The notes beneath the pieces are model-generated. The model saw only the letters and a program-made list of their open reading frames with translations. It was not told the DNA's origin and did no database searches. A DNA stretch of 64,000 nucleotides, taken from the NCBI GenBank assembly GCA_902530985.1, contig CACACI010000001.1, forward strand, positions 134,420-198,419, given 5' to 3'. The position numbers and the translations under genes are program-made. The DNA comes from an uncultured Alphaproteobacteria bacterium (lineage in GTDB: Bacteria; Pseudomonadota; Alphaproteobacteria; Methylaequorales; Methylaequoraceae). Positions 1 through 8,030 of the stretch are shown one piece after another; the stretch's first letter is position 1, and every line of letters starts with the position of its first letter.

Positions 1-509
1 TAAGATGTAAAAAGGGCTTTGAGATATTTCATAAAAAAAAATGTGATTTCATTATTACAAGTGGTTGGAAATACAAAAAGGAGATAGAAAAGCCTATATC
101 TCATTTTATAAAAGATTATTTAGAAAATAAACTTGGAGTGGATAATAAATCAATTGTAACAGACCAATTCTCAAGAGAAACAGTAGGTGATGCAGTTTTT
201 GTCAAATACAATATAATTCACCCAATGTGCATTTCTGAACTTCATATTGTTTCTAGTCGTTACCATATTCCAAGAGTAAAAAATATATTTGGTTTCTTTT
301 TTGAAAAAAAAATAACTTGTAAGTTTTATGGAGTAAAAAGTCCTTTAGACTTAGATAAAAAAATATTAAATAATGAAAAAAAGTCACTGCTCGCGTTCTA
401 TTCAACTTTTAAAAACATAGATCCTAGGGATAAAGATAAAGTTTTTGAAATTTTACTCTCAAAACATCCATATTATAATGGGTTAATTTTTCCTAAGTTT
501 ACGATATGA
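1..509 (+). CDS. DUF218 (YdcF/SanA-like) domain protein, 5' end outside window
   Basis: The frame of ORF 138..509 stays open back to nt 3 (..CDFIITSGWKYKKEIEKPISHFIKDYLENKLGV..). It shows a DUF218-like pattern: SGW, SRETVGDAVF, HIVSSRYHIPR. Confidence 0.6.
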   Translation, partial: RCKKGFEIFHKKKCDFIITSGWKYKKEIEKPISHFIKDYLENKLGVDNKSIVTDQFSRETVGDAVFVKYNIIHPMCISELHIVSSRYHIPRVKNIFGFFFEKKITCKFYGVKSPLDLDKKILNNEKKSLLAFYSTFKNIDPRDKDKVFEILLSKHPYYNGLIFPKFTI

Positions 510-510
510 A

Positions 511-1539
511 TTAATTAGATAATTTTTCTATTTCTAACATCAAAAATTCATGGAGTCTTTTTGTACTTCCTTTAAGCGAATCTTTGATTTTTTTATGTTC
601 ATATCTAAAGTCACTTCTTAAAACATCAATTAGTTTTGAAGATGTCATTACCAAAGGTATAAAATTTCTTTTTGATAGAGTGCAATTATTTTTTTTTGCA
701 AATTTAGGAATAATACTAATCACATCTTTGCTCTGAAAAAAAGCATCAATCATTAAAGTAGACCACATACCAATAATTGTATCACAATGATCTATGCCTA
801 TTTGACCATTTTCAATGATTGTTATCTTAAGGTTATTAATTATTTTTTTATCTATATTAATTAAATGCTCATCAGGGTGTTTTGCAAAAAGAAATTCATC
901 GAAATCATTTCTTATTTTTGACATAGCTTTAAACACAATCTCCCAAACATCTTCTTCATCATAGCCTAAATGTTTTAAAACATCATATTTGTGTTTAGCT
1001 ATTGGCTGGTTGATAAAAAGAATATTCTTATTTTTACTTTTTATTTTTTTTTCTTTAACAAACTCAAGTCCTGGTTGACCAATCGTAATCAATTTCTTCT
1101 CATCAACCCCTTCAGCAATTGCCTCATGCGAAGAGAATTTATCTATCATACATATCTTTGTAGCTAGAGTCTCTCTATTTTCTTTTGCCAATTTTTCATA
1201 ATAATTATACCATGTATCAAAAAACTGTATCCCTAGAACATTTTTTGTTTTTGCAAATTTAAGGCTTTCATACTCCAACTTTTGATAAGTTGCTGAACTA
1301 AAAATTAAATTTGGACACCAATCTAAACCGACTATATTTTCTTCGAAACTCTTAGAATAATCATAATTATATATTAGATATTTAGAAAATTTTAACAACT
1401 CTTTGTCATTAATTCGCCCGAATGCAAGTATTTTCCAGTCAAAAGATTCCTTTTTGTTTATTAACTGATTCCACAAAGGTAAACAATACCTAGCAGAACC
1501 AAGTTCTCCGATAACAAAGAGTATTTTGTAATTCATCAA
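511..1539 (-). CDS. Hypothetical protein, possibly a GT-B/Rossmann-like sugar or glycerophosphate transferase
   Basis: 342-aa ORF that fills the interval. The N-terminus KILFVIGELGSARYCLPL and a second alpha/beta half (ILFINQP...HPDE...IIGMWSTLMIDA) suggest a two-domain transferase fold. I recognise no family motif. Confidence 0.35.
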   Translation of the reverse strand: MMNYKILFVIGELGSARYCLPLWNQLINKKESFDWKILAFGRINDKELLKFSKYLIYNYDYSKSFEENIVGLDWCPNLIFSSATYQKLEYESLKFAKTKNVLGIQFFDTWYNYYEKLAKENRETLATKICMIDKFSSHEAIAEGVDEKKLITIGQPGLEFVKEKKIKSKNKNILFINQPIAKHKYDVLKHLGYDEEDVWEIVFKAMSKIRNDFDEFLFAKHPDEHLINIDKKIINNLKITIIENGQIGIDHCDTIIGMWSTLMIDAFFQSKDVISIIPKFAKKNNCTLSKRNFIPLVMTSSKLIDVLRSDFRYEHKKIKDSLKGSTKRLHEFLMLEIEKLSN

Positions 1540-1690
1540 TTAATTATTAAAATTTAAGTCAATTAAGTAATAAAAATTTAAGATTTGTAAACATAATTTA
1601 ATTATAGATTGAATTATCAAATTTTTTTAAAAAAAAGATTAATTATTTGATTAAAACTTTTATAATGTAGCTTTATTTTAAAACAAGAAT

Positions 1691-1978
1691 ATGAAAAAGT
1701 CAGAAATTTTAAAAATACTAGAAAACAAATTTGATTATCTTCCTAGGCGTGAAGTTGAAAGAACACTTGAAAAAATTCTTCAGTTTTGTTCAACAAACCT
1801 TGCTAACGGATCGAGGATAGAAATAAGAGATTTTGGAACTTTTTCCACAAGACTTCGAGACACAAGGGTAGGAAGAAATCCTGCAACTGGAGAAAAAATT
1901 AATATTGAAAAAAAATATTTTGTACACTTTATTCCAAGCAAGAAGTTGAGAAAGGAAATGAATGTCAGGAAAGATTAA
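1691..1978 (+). CDS. ihfB: Integration host factor beta subunit (HU/IHF family)
   Basis: 95 aa. RIEIRDFGTFSTRLRDTRVGRNPATGEKINIEKKYFVHFIPSKKL is the classic IHF/HU beta-arm. The gene sits ahead of the trpFBA-accD-folC synteny block. Confidence 0.92.
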   Translation: MKKSEILKILENKFDYLPRREVERTLEKILQFCSTNLANGSRIEIRDFGTFSTRLRDTRVGRNPATGEKINIEKKYFVHFIPSKKLRKEMNVRKD

Positions 1979-2182
1979 AAAAATATTTGGTTTAGTTTTT
2001 TTTTTTTTTTTTTAATTTTTTTTTCCCTCTTTTCACTTGGAAATAAATATATTGTACAGATAAACCTTTTCCCGTTCCCCCTTTTCTTTGAATTACCATT
2101 ATATTTGCTAGTGATAATTCTATTATTTACTGGTTTTATTATGGGATTTATTTTTTTTTATTTTAGAAAGATTTTTAAATAA
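1962..2182 (+). pseudogene. LapA-like (DUF1049) small two-TM inner-membrane protein; reading frame interrupted inside a T18 tract
   Basis: ATG 1962 gives MSGKIKKIFGLVFFFFF, then TAA at 2013-2015. The other frame is open 1979-2182: ..LIFFSLFSLGNKYIVQINLFPFPLFFELPLYLLVIILLFTGFIMGFIFFYFRKIFK*. Joined, the two parts match the LapA architecture and the usual position after ihfB. Confidence 0.6.
1996..2013 (+). repeat. Homopolymer T18, followed by AA and T9 at 2016-2024
   Basis: Counted directly from the sequence blocks at 1991-2030. Confidence 0.95.
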
Positions 2183-2185
2183 GAA

Positions 2186-2887
2186 ATGAAATTTAAACAA
2201 ATGATATTTTGTGCTATTGATTTTAGCAATCTAAATGAATCAAAAAGATTTATCTCAAAAATAGCTGATCATATTGGTGGTATAAAAGTTGGTCTTGAAT
2301 TTTTTTTGAAAAATGGTCCTCATGGAGTTCTTGAACTTAAGAAAATTGGTTTACCAATTTTTCTAGATCTTAAATTAAAAGATATTCCGAACACTGTAAA
2401 AAAAGCTACTGAAAATATAGTACAATTATCTCCAGAGTATTTATCAGTCCATGTAACTGGTGGTTCAATTATGTTGAAAGAACTTAACTTAGTTAAAAAA
2501 ACTACTAAAATATTAGGAGTTACTATGCTTACTAGTCTTGATAATAAGGACTTACGTAACTTTGGTTTAAACATTAGTAATAACGAATATGTTAAAAATT
2601 TGGCAAAAATTGGTGTTGCAGCAGGAATTGATGGTCTTGTTTCTTCTGCACACGAAGTTCCTGAATTAAAAAAAATAATAAATAAAAAGGGGTTTTTATA
2701 TGTGACACCAGGTATTAGATTTTCTGACAATAAAATAAACGATCAAAAAAGAATAATTAGCCCAGGACTAGCTGTAAAATTTGGATCATCAATGTTAATT
2801 ATTGGAAGATCAATAACACAATCAAAAGACCCAATTGAAACTCTGAAAAGAATTTCAGAAAACATAGAGGCTCAAATTGAATCTTAA
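2186..2887 (+). CDS. pyrF: Orotidine 5'-phosphate decarboxylase
   Basis: 233 aa. Motifs: IFCAIDF, GGIKVGLEFF, PIFLDLKLKDIPNTV, IIGRSIT. Confidence 0.93.
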   Translation: MKFKQMIFCAIDFSNLNESKRFISKIADHIGGIKVGLEFFLKNGPHGVLELKKIGLPIFLDLKLKDIPNTVKKATENIVQLSPEYLSVHVTGGSIMLKELNLVKKTTKILGVTMLTSLDNKDLRNFGLNISNNEYVKNLAKIGVAAGIDGLVSSAHEVPELKKIINKKGFLYVTPGIRFSDNKINDQKRIISPGLAVKFGSSMLIIGRSITQSKDPIETLKRISENIEAQIES

Positions 2888-3524
2888 AGTAAAATTATGT
2901 GGTCTGAAAAATAAAGAGTCTATAATTGCTTCTAAAGAAGCAGATTATATAGGCTTTGTTTTTTATCAAAAATCTCCAAGATTTATTAATGCTTTAGATG
3001 CAAAAGATTTAATAGAATTTATAAGACCTAAACAAAAAGTTGTGGGGTTATTTGTTGATGCCGATTTAAATTTAATAAATCATATAACTGATTTCTTGAA
3101 ATTAGATGTTATACAACTTCATGGTAATGAAAAATTAAGTTATATAAAAGAAGTAAAAAAATTAAAAAAACCAATCATTAAAGCTGTCCCAATTAAGAAC
3201 TTTTCTGATATTAACTACTCAAAAAAATATAAAGACTTATGTGATATGATTTTATTTGACACAAAAAGTAATCACGGTGTTTCGGGTGGTTCAGGAATTT
3301 CATTTGATTGGAATCTCTTAAGAGGATATTATTCCGAAAAGAAATGGATATTAGCTGGTGGGTTAAATGTTAAGAACGTCAGTGAAGCTCTTGAAATCAC
3401 AAATGCTCCTATTGTTGATATTTCATCTGGAATAGAAAAAGCTAGAGGGGAGAAATGTAAAAATATGATTAAAAATTTTATGGAATTCATTGCAAACTAT
3501 GAGAAAACAAAAGATAAACTATAA
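2877..3524 (+). CDS. trpF: N-(5'-phosphoribosyl)anthranilate isomerase
   Basis: 215 aa with a TTG start. Motifs: [33 protein letters not shown]. Sits directly ahead of trpB and trpA. Confidence 0.9.
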   Translation: MNLKVKLCGLKNKESIIASKEADYIGFVFYQKSPRFINALDAKDLIEFIRPKQKVVGLFVDADLNLINHITDFLKLDVIQLHGNEKLSYIKEVKKLKKPIIKAVPIKNFSDINYSKKYKDLCDMILFDTKSNHGVSGGSGISFDWNLLRGYYSEKKWILAGGLNVKNVSEALEITNAPIVDISSGIEKARGEKCKNMIKNFMEFIANYEKTKDKL

Positions 3525-4722
3525 AAAATTTCCGGACAAACAGGGTCGATTTGGAAAGTTTGGAGGTAGGTTTGTAGCCGAAACGCTAATGCCACTCTTA
3601 CTAGAAGTTGAAGAACAATATAAAAAAGCTAAGAAATCCAATGATTTCAAGAAGAAACTAGAATATTATTTCACAAACTATGTTGGAAGACCAAGTCCAC
3701 TTTACTTTGCTAAGAGAATTTCAAAACAGCTTGGTGATGTAAAAGTTTACTTCAAAAGAGATGAACTAAATCACACAGGGGCGCACAAAATTAATAATTG
3801 TGTAGGACAAATTCTTTTGGCAATGAAAATGGGTAAAAAAAGAATAGTTGCTGAAACTGGTGCAGGTCAACATGGCTTGGCTACAGCTACAGTTTGTGCG
3901 CTTTTTGATCTTAAATGCATAATCTATATGGGTAAGTTAGATATAAAAAGACAAGCTCCTAATGTTTTTAAAATGAAACTACTGGGAGCTGAAATTGTTC
4001 CTGTTGAATCTGGAACTGCAACACTAAAAGATGCTATGAATGAAGCCCTAAGAGACTGGGTCTCAAATGTTGATGATACCTTTTATGTAATTGGGACAGT
4101 TGCTGGGCCACATCCTTATCCAATGATGGTTCGAGATTTCCAATCAATAATAGGAATAGAAGCAAAAAAGCAAATTCTCAAAGTTGAAAAAAAATTACCA
4201 AACTATTTAGTTGCATGTATTGGAGGGGGGTCTAACGCATTAGGATTGTTTTACCCTTTCTTGAATGACGAAAGTGTTCAAATTTTTGGTGTCGAAGCCG
4301 GAGGAGAAGGTACCAATACTAAAAAGCATGCAGCTTCATTATCCAAAGGTAAGCCTGGCTTTTTGCATGGTAACTATACCTATCTTCTGCAAGATGAACA
4401 TGGTCAAATAACTGATGCTCATTCCATTTCAGCAGGCCTTGATTATCCTGGGATAGGACCAGAACATTCTTGGTTAAAAGAACAGGGTAGAGTTAAATAC
4501 TTTAGTGCAACCGATCGAGAAGCTCTTGAAGCCTTTAAGCTATGTTCAAAATTAGAAGGAATTATCCCAGCACTAGAACCATCCCATGCGTTAGCATTTC
4601 TATTAAAAAATGCTAAAAAATTTAAAAAAAACGATTTAATAATAATGAACATGTGCGGAAGAGGAGATAAAGACATCTTTTCTATTTCTGAACATTTAGA
4701 TGTAAAGCTAAATCAAAAATAA
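3490..4722 (+). CDS. trpB: Tryptophan synthase beta chain
   Basis: 410 aa. Motifs: [28 protein letters not shown] (PLP lysine), GGGSNALG. The start could instead be the internal Met at 3499. Confidence 0.97.
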   Translation: MQTMRKQKINYKKFPDKQGRFGKFGGRFVAETLMPLLLEVEEQYKKAKKSNDFKKKLEYYFTNYVGRPSPLYFAKRISKQLGDVKVYFKRDELNHTGAHKINNCVGQILLAMKMGKKRIVAETGAGQHGLATATVCALFDLKCIIYMGKLDIKRQAPNVFKMKLLGAEIVPVESGTATLKDAMNEALRDWVSNVDDTFYVIGTVAGPHPYPMMVRDFQSIIGIEAKKQILKVEKKLPNYLVACIGGGSNALGLFYPFLNDESVQIFGVEAGGEGTNTKKHAASLSKGKPGFLHGNYTYLLQDEHGQITDAHSISAGLDYPGIGPEHSWLKEQGRVKYFSATDREALEAFKLCSKLEGIIPALEPSHALAFLLKNAKKFKKNDLIIMNMCGRGDKDIFSISEHLDVKLNQK

Positions 4723-5525
4723 TGGAAAACAGAATAGAAAAAAAATTCAAAGAACTAAAAAGTTCTAACAAAAAAGCTCTAATTACATTCATAACATCTG
4801 GTGACCCAAACTATAAAACTTCACAAAAGATTATGCAAACTCTGAGACTTAATAACGTAGATTTAATTGAAATAGGTATTCCTTTTTCTGATCCAATGGC
4901 TGATGGACCAACTATTCAAAGGTCAAGTCAAAGGGCTATTAAATCAGGTTCCAAGCTTGAAAGTACTTTTAAACTCATACAGGAATTTCGAGTTAAGGAA
5001 AAAAAAATACCAATTATTCTTATGGGATATTTCAATCCTATATTTCAATATGGGTTAGAAAGATTTTTTAAAAAATGCCGTATAGTTGGTGTTGATGGAA
5101 TAATAGTTGTAGATCTACCCCCAGAGGAAAACGATTATATTCTAAGGTTTACAAAAAAATTTAATATTCATAATATTCGTTTATTAACACCAACAACTAA
5201 TAAGAAGAGGTTAAAACAAATACTAAAATATACTAATGGTTTTTTATATTATATTTCTGTAATGGGAATTACTGGAACTAAAAAACCTTCTATTCTAGAA
5301 GTTGAAAAATCAGTAAAAGAAATTAGAAAAATGTCAAACCTTCCAATATGTGTTGGTTTTGGTATCACAAATAGAAATCAGATAAAAAATCTTAATCGGT
5401 TTTCCGATGGCTGTGTGGTTGGGTCTGCAATAGTTAAATTTATAGAGGAATTCTGTAAAGGAAAAGTCACTGAAAAAAAAATGCTCACCTCCATATCTGA
5501 TTTTTTAGCAAATTTACAAAAATAA
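4722..5525 (+). CDS. trpA: Tryptophan synthase alpha chain
   Basis: 267 aa. Motifs: LITFITSGDP, DLIEIGIPFSDPMADGPTIQ, GFLYYISVMGITG. ATG overlaps the trpB stop. Confidence 0.96.
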   Translation: MENRIEKKFKELKSSNKKALITFITSGDPNYKTSQKIMQTLRLNNVDLIEIGIPFSDPMADGPTIQRSSQRAIKSGSKLESTFKLIQEFRVKEKKIPIILMGYFNPIFQYGLERFFKKCRIVGVDGIIVVDLPPEENDYILRFTKKFNIHNIRLLTPTTNKKRLKQILKYTNGFLYYISVMGITGTKKPSILEVEKSVKEIRKMSNLPICVGFGITNRNQIKNLNRFSDGCVVGSAIVKFIEEFCKGKVTEKKMLTSISDFLANLQK

Positions 5526-5540
5526 TGCTAAGTTAGAAAT

Positions 5541-6383
5541 ATGAATTGGATAACTAATTTTGTAAGACCAAAACTTCAAGCATTCGTTGGAAAAAAAGAA
5601 GTCCCTGATAATTTATGGGAAACCTGCCCAAAATGTTCACAAATGTTATTAAAAAAAGAACTTATTAGTCAACATTATGTCTGCAAACATTGCGACCATC
5701 ACTTTAGAATTACTGCAAAAGAAAGATTAGAACTATTTTTGGGAAAAAATTATATGATAATGGATACACCCAGGATTAAGCCAGACCCACTAAATTTTAA
5801 AGATAGTAAAAAATATACTGATAGGTTAAAAATTGCTCAAAAGAAGAATCAAACAAATGATTCGGTAATTGTTGCCTCTGGTACAATAAATGGAAAAAAA
5901 TTAGTAACAGCAATCTTTGACTTCAATTTTATGGGTGGGTCTATGGGAATGGCAGCTGGTGAGGCTATCTTGACAGCTTGTGAGTTTGCAAAAAAGAATT
6001 ATTTACCATTAATTATTTTTAGCTCATCTGGTGGAGCAAGAATGCAAGAGGGAATTTTATCTTTAATGCAAATGCCAAGGACTGTTATTGCAATTAATTC
6101 TATGGGGAAATTAAATTTACCGTTTATTTCAGTTCTCACTGACCCAACGACTGGCGGAGTTTCTGCATCATTCGCAATGCTGGGTGATATAATCATAGCA
6201 GAAAAAAATGCTACTATAGGATTTGCTGGAAGCAGAGTAATTGAGGATACAATCAAAGAAAAACTTCCTCAAAACTTTCAAAAATCAGAGTATCTTATGG
6301 AAAAAGGTATGATAGATCTTGTTGTCCACAGGAAAGACCTAAAAAAAAAGATTGAGGATATTTTAGACTTCCTAGTAATTTAA
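5541..6383 (+). CDS. accD: Acetyl-CoA carboxylase carboxyltransferase beta subunit
   Basis: 280 aa. N-terminal zinc ribbon CPKC...CKHC, followed by FMGGSMG and SSGGARMQEG. Confidence 0.96.
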   Translation: MNWITNFVRPKLQAFVGKKEVPDNLWETCPKCSQMLLKKELISQHYVCKHCDHHFRITAKERLELFLGKNYMIMDTPRIKPDPLNFKDSKKYTDRLKIAQKKNQTNDSVIVASGTINGKKLVTAIFDFNFMGGSMGMAAGEAILTACEFAKKNYLPLIIFSSSGGARMQEGILSLMQMPRTVIAINSMGKLNLPFISVLTDPTTGGVSASFAMLGDIIIAEKNATIGFAGSRVIEDTIKEKLPQNFQKSEYLMEKGMIDLVVHRKDLKKKIEDILDFLVI

Positions 6384-6390
6384 TTTTAAA

Positions 6391-7698
6391 GTGGATAAAT
6401 CAACAAAAATTCTAAAAAGACTCGAACTTTTACACCCAAAAAGAATAGATCTATCACTGAATAGAATTAAAAATTTACTAAAAAAACTTGATAACCCTCA
6501 TCTGAATTTACCACCCATCATTCATGTTGCAGGTACAAATGGCAAAGGTTCTGTCACATCTTTCTTAAGGGCAATATTTGAAAATGCTAAATTAAAAGTA
6601 CATACATATACTTCACCACATCTTATTAGATTTAACGAAAGAATAAGAATAAATTCAAAATTAATAAGTAATTATGATCTAACTCTTCTACTAGAAGAAT
6701 GTGAACATTTAAACAAAGGTGAACCAATTACTTTCTTTGAGATTACTACAGCTGCTGCCTTTCTTGCATTTAATAGAATTAAATCGGATATAGTTTTATT
6801 AGAAACTGGGTTGGGAGGAAGATTTGATGCAACTAATGTGGTGGAAAAAAAAGTCTGTAGTGTCATTACACCAGTATCAATGGATCATATGAATTTTTTG
6901 GGATCATCATTAGAGAGTATTGCCAAAGAAAAGCTAGGTATTTTAAAAAACAGTGAAACATCGGTTATATCAAAACAAAGATTACCTGTGAGAAAATTAG
7001 TAAGATTGGAAACTAAAAAAAAAAAAATTAAACTATATGAAGAAGGTCTTGACTGGAAAATTATTGAAAAGGATTTTAAGAATAAAAAGTTTTCTATAAC
7101 TTTCTTAGAATCAAAGTTTCAATTTCAATTCCCATCACTTCAGGGAGAACATCAGATAGATAATGCCTCTACAGCAATAGCAACTATTTTATCTCTAAAA
7201 AATAAAGCAATTACTCATCAAGCCATTAATAAAGGACTCCTTTCAGCTAGTTGGCCTGCAAGAATGCAAAAACTTAATAATGGGAAACTTTCATTGATGT
7301 TAGGAAAAAAATTTGAGATATGGTTAGATGGTGGTCATAATATTGAGGCATCCCACGTTTTAAAAAAAACAATAGATCAATGGAAGGATCAAGAAGTCTT
7401 TATAATTCTTGGTATGATGGTAGGAAAAGATCCAGTTGGATTTTTAAAGAAAATAAAAAGAAATATTTCGTATCTTTTTTTACTTCCAATTTCAGATCAT
7501 CAATATATTCAACCATATGAAATTAAAGATAGAATAAGATCAAAATTAGATGCTAATATGAAAATTGAATGTACACTTGAAATTAGAGAAGCATTGAGAA
7601 TTATAAAGAGACAATATTCCTCTGGAAAAATTTTAATATGTGGCTCTCTATATTTAGCTGGGCAAGTTTTAAAAGAAGATGGTTTCAAAATAATTTAA
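6391..7698 (+). CDS. folC: Bifunctional folylpolyglutamate synthase / dihydrofolate synthase
   Basis: 435 aa with a GTG start. Contains the P-loop HVAGTNGKGS, plus TSPHL, ETGLGGRFDATN and DGGHN. Confidence 0.93.
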   Translation: MDKSTKILKRLELLHPKRIDLSLNRIKNLLKKLDNPHLNLPPIIHVAGTNGKGSVTSFLRAIFENAKLKVHTYTSPHLIRFNERIRINSKLISNYDLTLLLEECEHLNKGEPITFFEITTAAAFLAFNRIKSDIVLLETGLGGRFDATNVVEKKVCSVITPVSMDHMNFLGSSLESIAKEKLGILKNSETSVISKQRLPVRKLVRLETKKKKIKLYEEGLDWKIIEKDFKNKKFSITFLESKFQFQFPSLQGEHQIDNASTAIATILSLKNKAITHQAINKGLLSASWPARMQKLNNGKLSLMLGKKFEIWLDGGHNIEASHVLKKTIDQWKDQEVFIILGMMVGKDPVGFLKKIKRNISYLFLLPISDHQYIQPYEIKDRIRSKLDANMKIECTLEIREALRIIKRQYSSGKILICGSLYLAGQVLKEDGFKII

Positions 7699-8018
7699 AT
7701 TTTTGATTCCAACCATAATACTATATCACTCTTCGGAAGCAAACCAACTTTAGTATCAATCAAATTCCCTTTATCAAAAAGCAATAATGTTGGTATACTT
7801 CTTATTGAATATTTCATTGCAAGATCTTGGTTATCATCAAGGTTAACCTTGACCACATTAACCTTGTCATGAAGTTCTTCTGAAAGTTCCTCAAGTATTG
7901 GCGTTAACATTTTACATGGTCCACACCATTCAGCCCAAAAGTCAACAACTACTGGAAGTTTTGACCCAATAACTTCTTTTTGAAAATCTTTCTCATTACA
8001 ATTTTTAATATTTGACAT
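7695..8018 (-). CDS. trxA: Thioredoxin
   Basis: 107 aa with the active site FWAEWCGPCK. Confidence 0.96.
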   Translation of the reverse strand: MSNIKNCNEKDFQKEVIGSKLPVVVDFWAEWCGPCKMLTPILEELSEELHDKVNVVKVNLDDNQDLAMKYSIRSIPTLLLFDKGNLIDTKVGLLPKSDIVLWLESKI

Positions 8019-8030
8019 TTTTTTTCTCCA

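Noticed and set aside
2320-2730. Antisense or alternate-frame ORFs listed in the track: 2320..2730-, 4443..4676-, 5999..6256-, 6672..6866-, 9037..9261+, 13062..13247+, 13795..14007+, 14321..14809+, 16090..16350+, 16884..17285+, 17161..17367+, 19231..19422+, 20918..21217+, 27104..27496+, 28013..28291+, 28414..28596-, 29853..30101+, 34328..34546+, 39264..39452+, 40121..40399+, 40772..40993+, 41454..41693+, 41751..42125+, 45628..45822-, 46471..46689-, 47017..47313-, 48371..48571-, 49028..49285-, 49278..49595-, 50071..50274+, 52790..53011-, 53647..54240+, 54656..54898-, 56767..57105+, 57362..57571+, 57947..58485+, 58908..59117-, 59690..59875+ and 63019..63270+.
   Set aside because: Each lies entirely within, and opposite to or out of frame with, a gene whose product carries strong family motifs. 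Their translations are low-complexity (F/I/S/K-rich) shadows, as expected in AT-rich DNA. None shows a recognisable motif.
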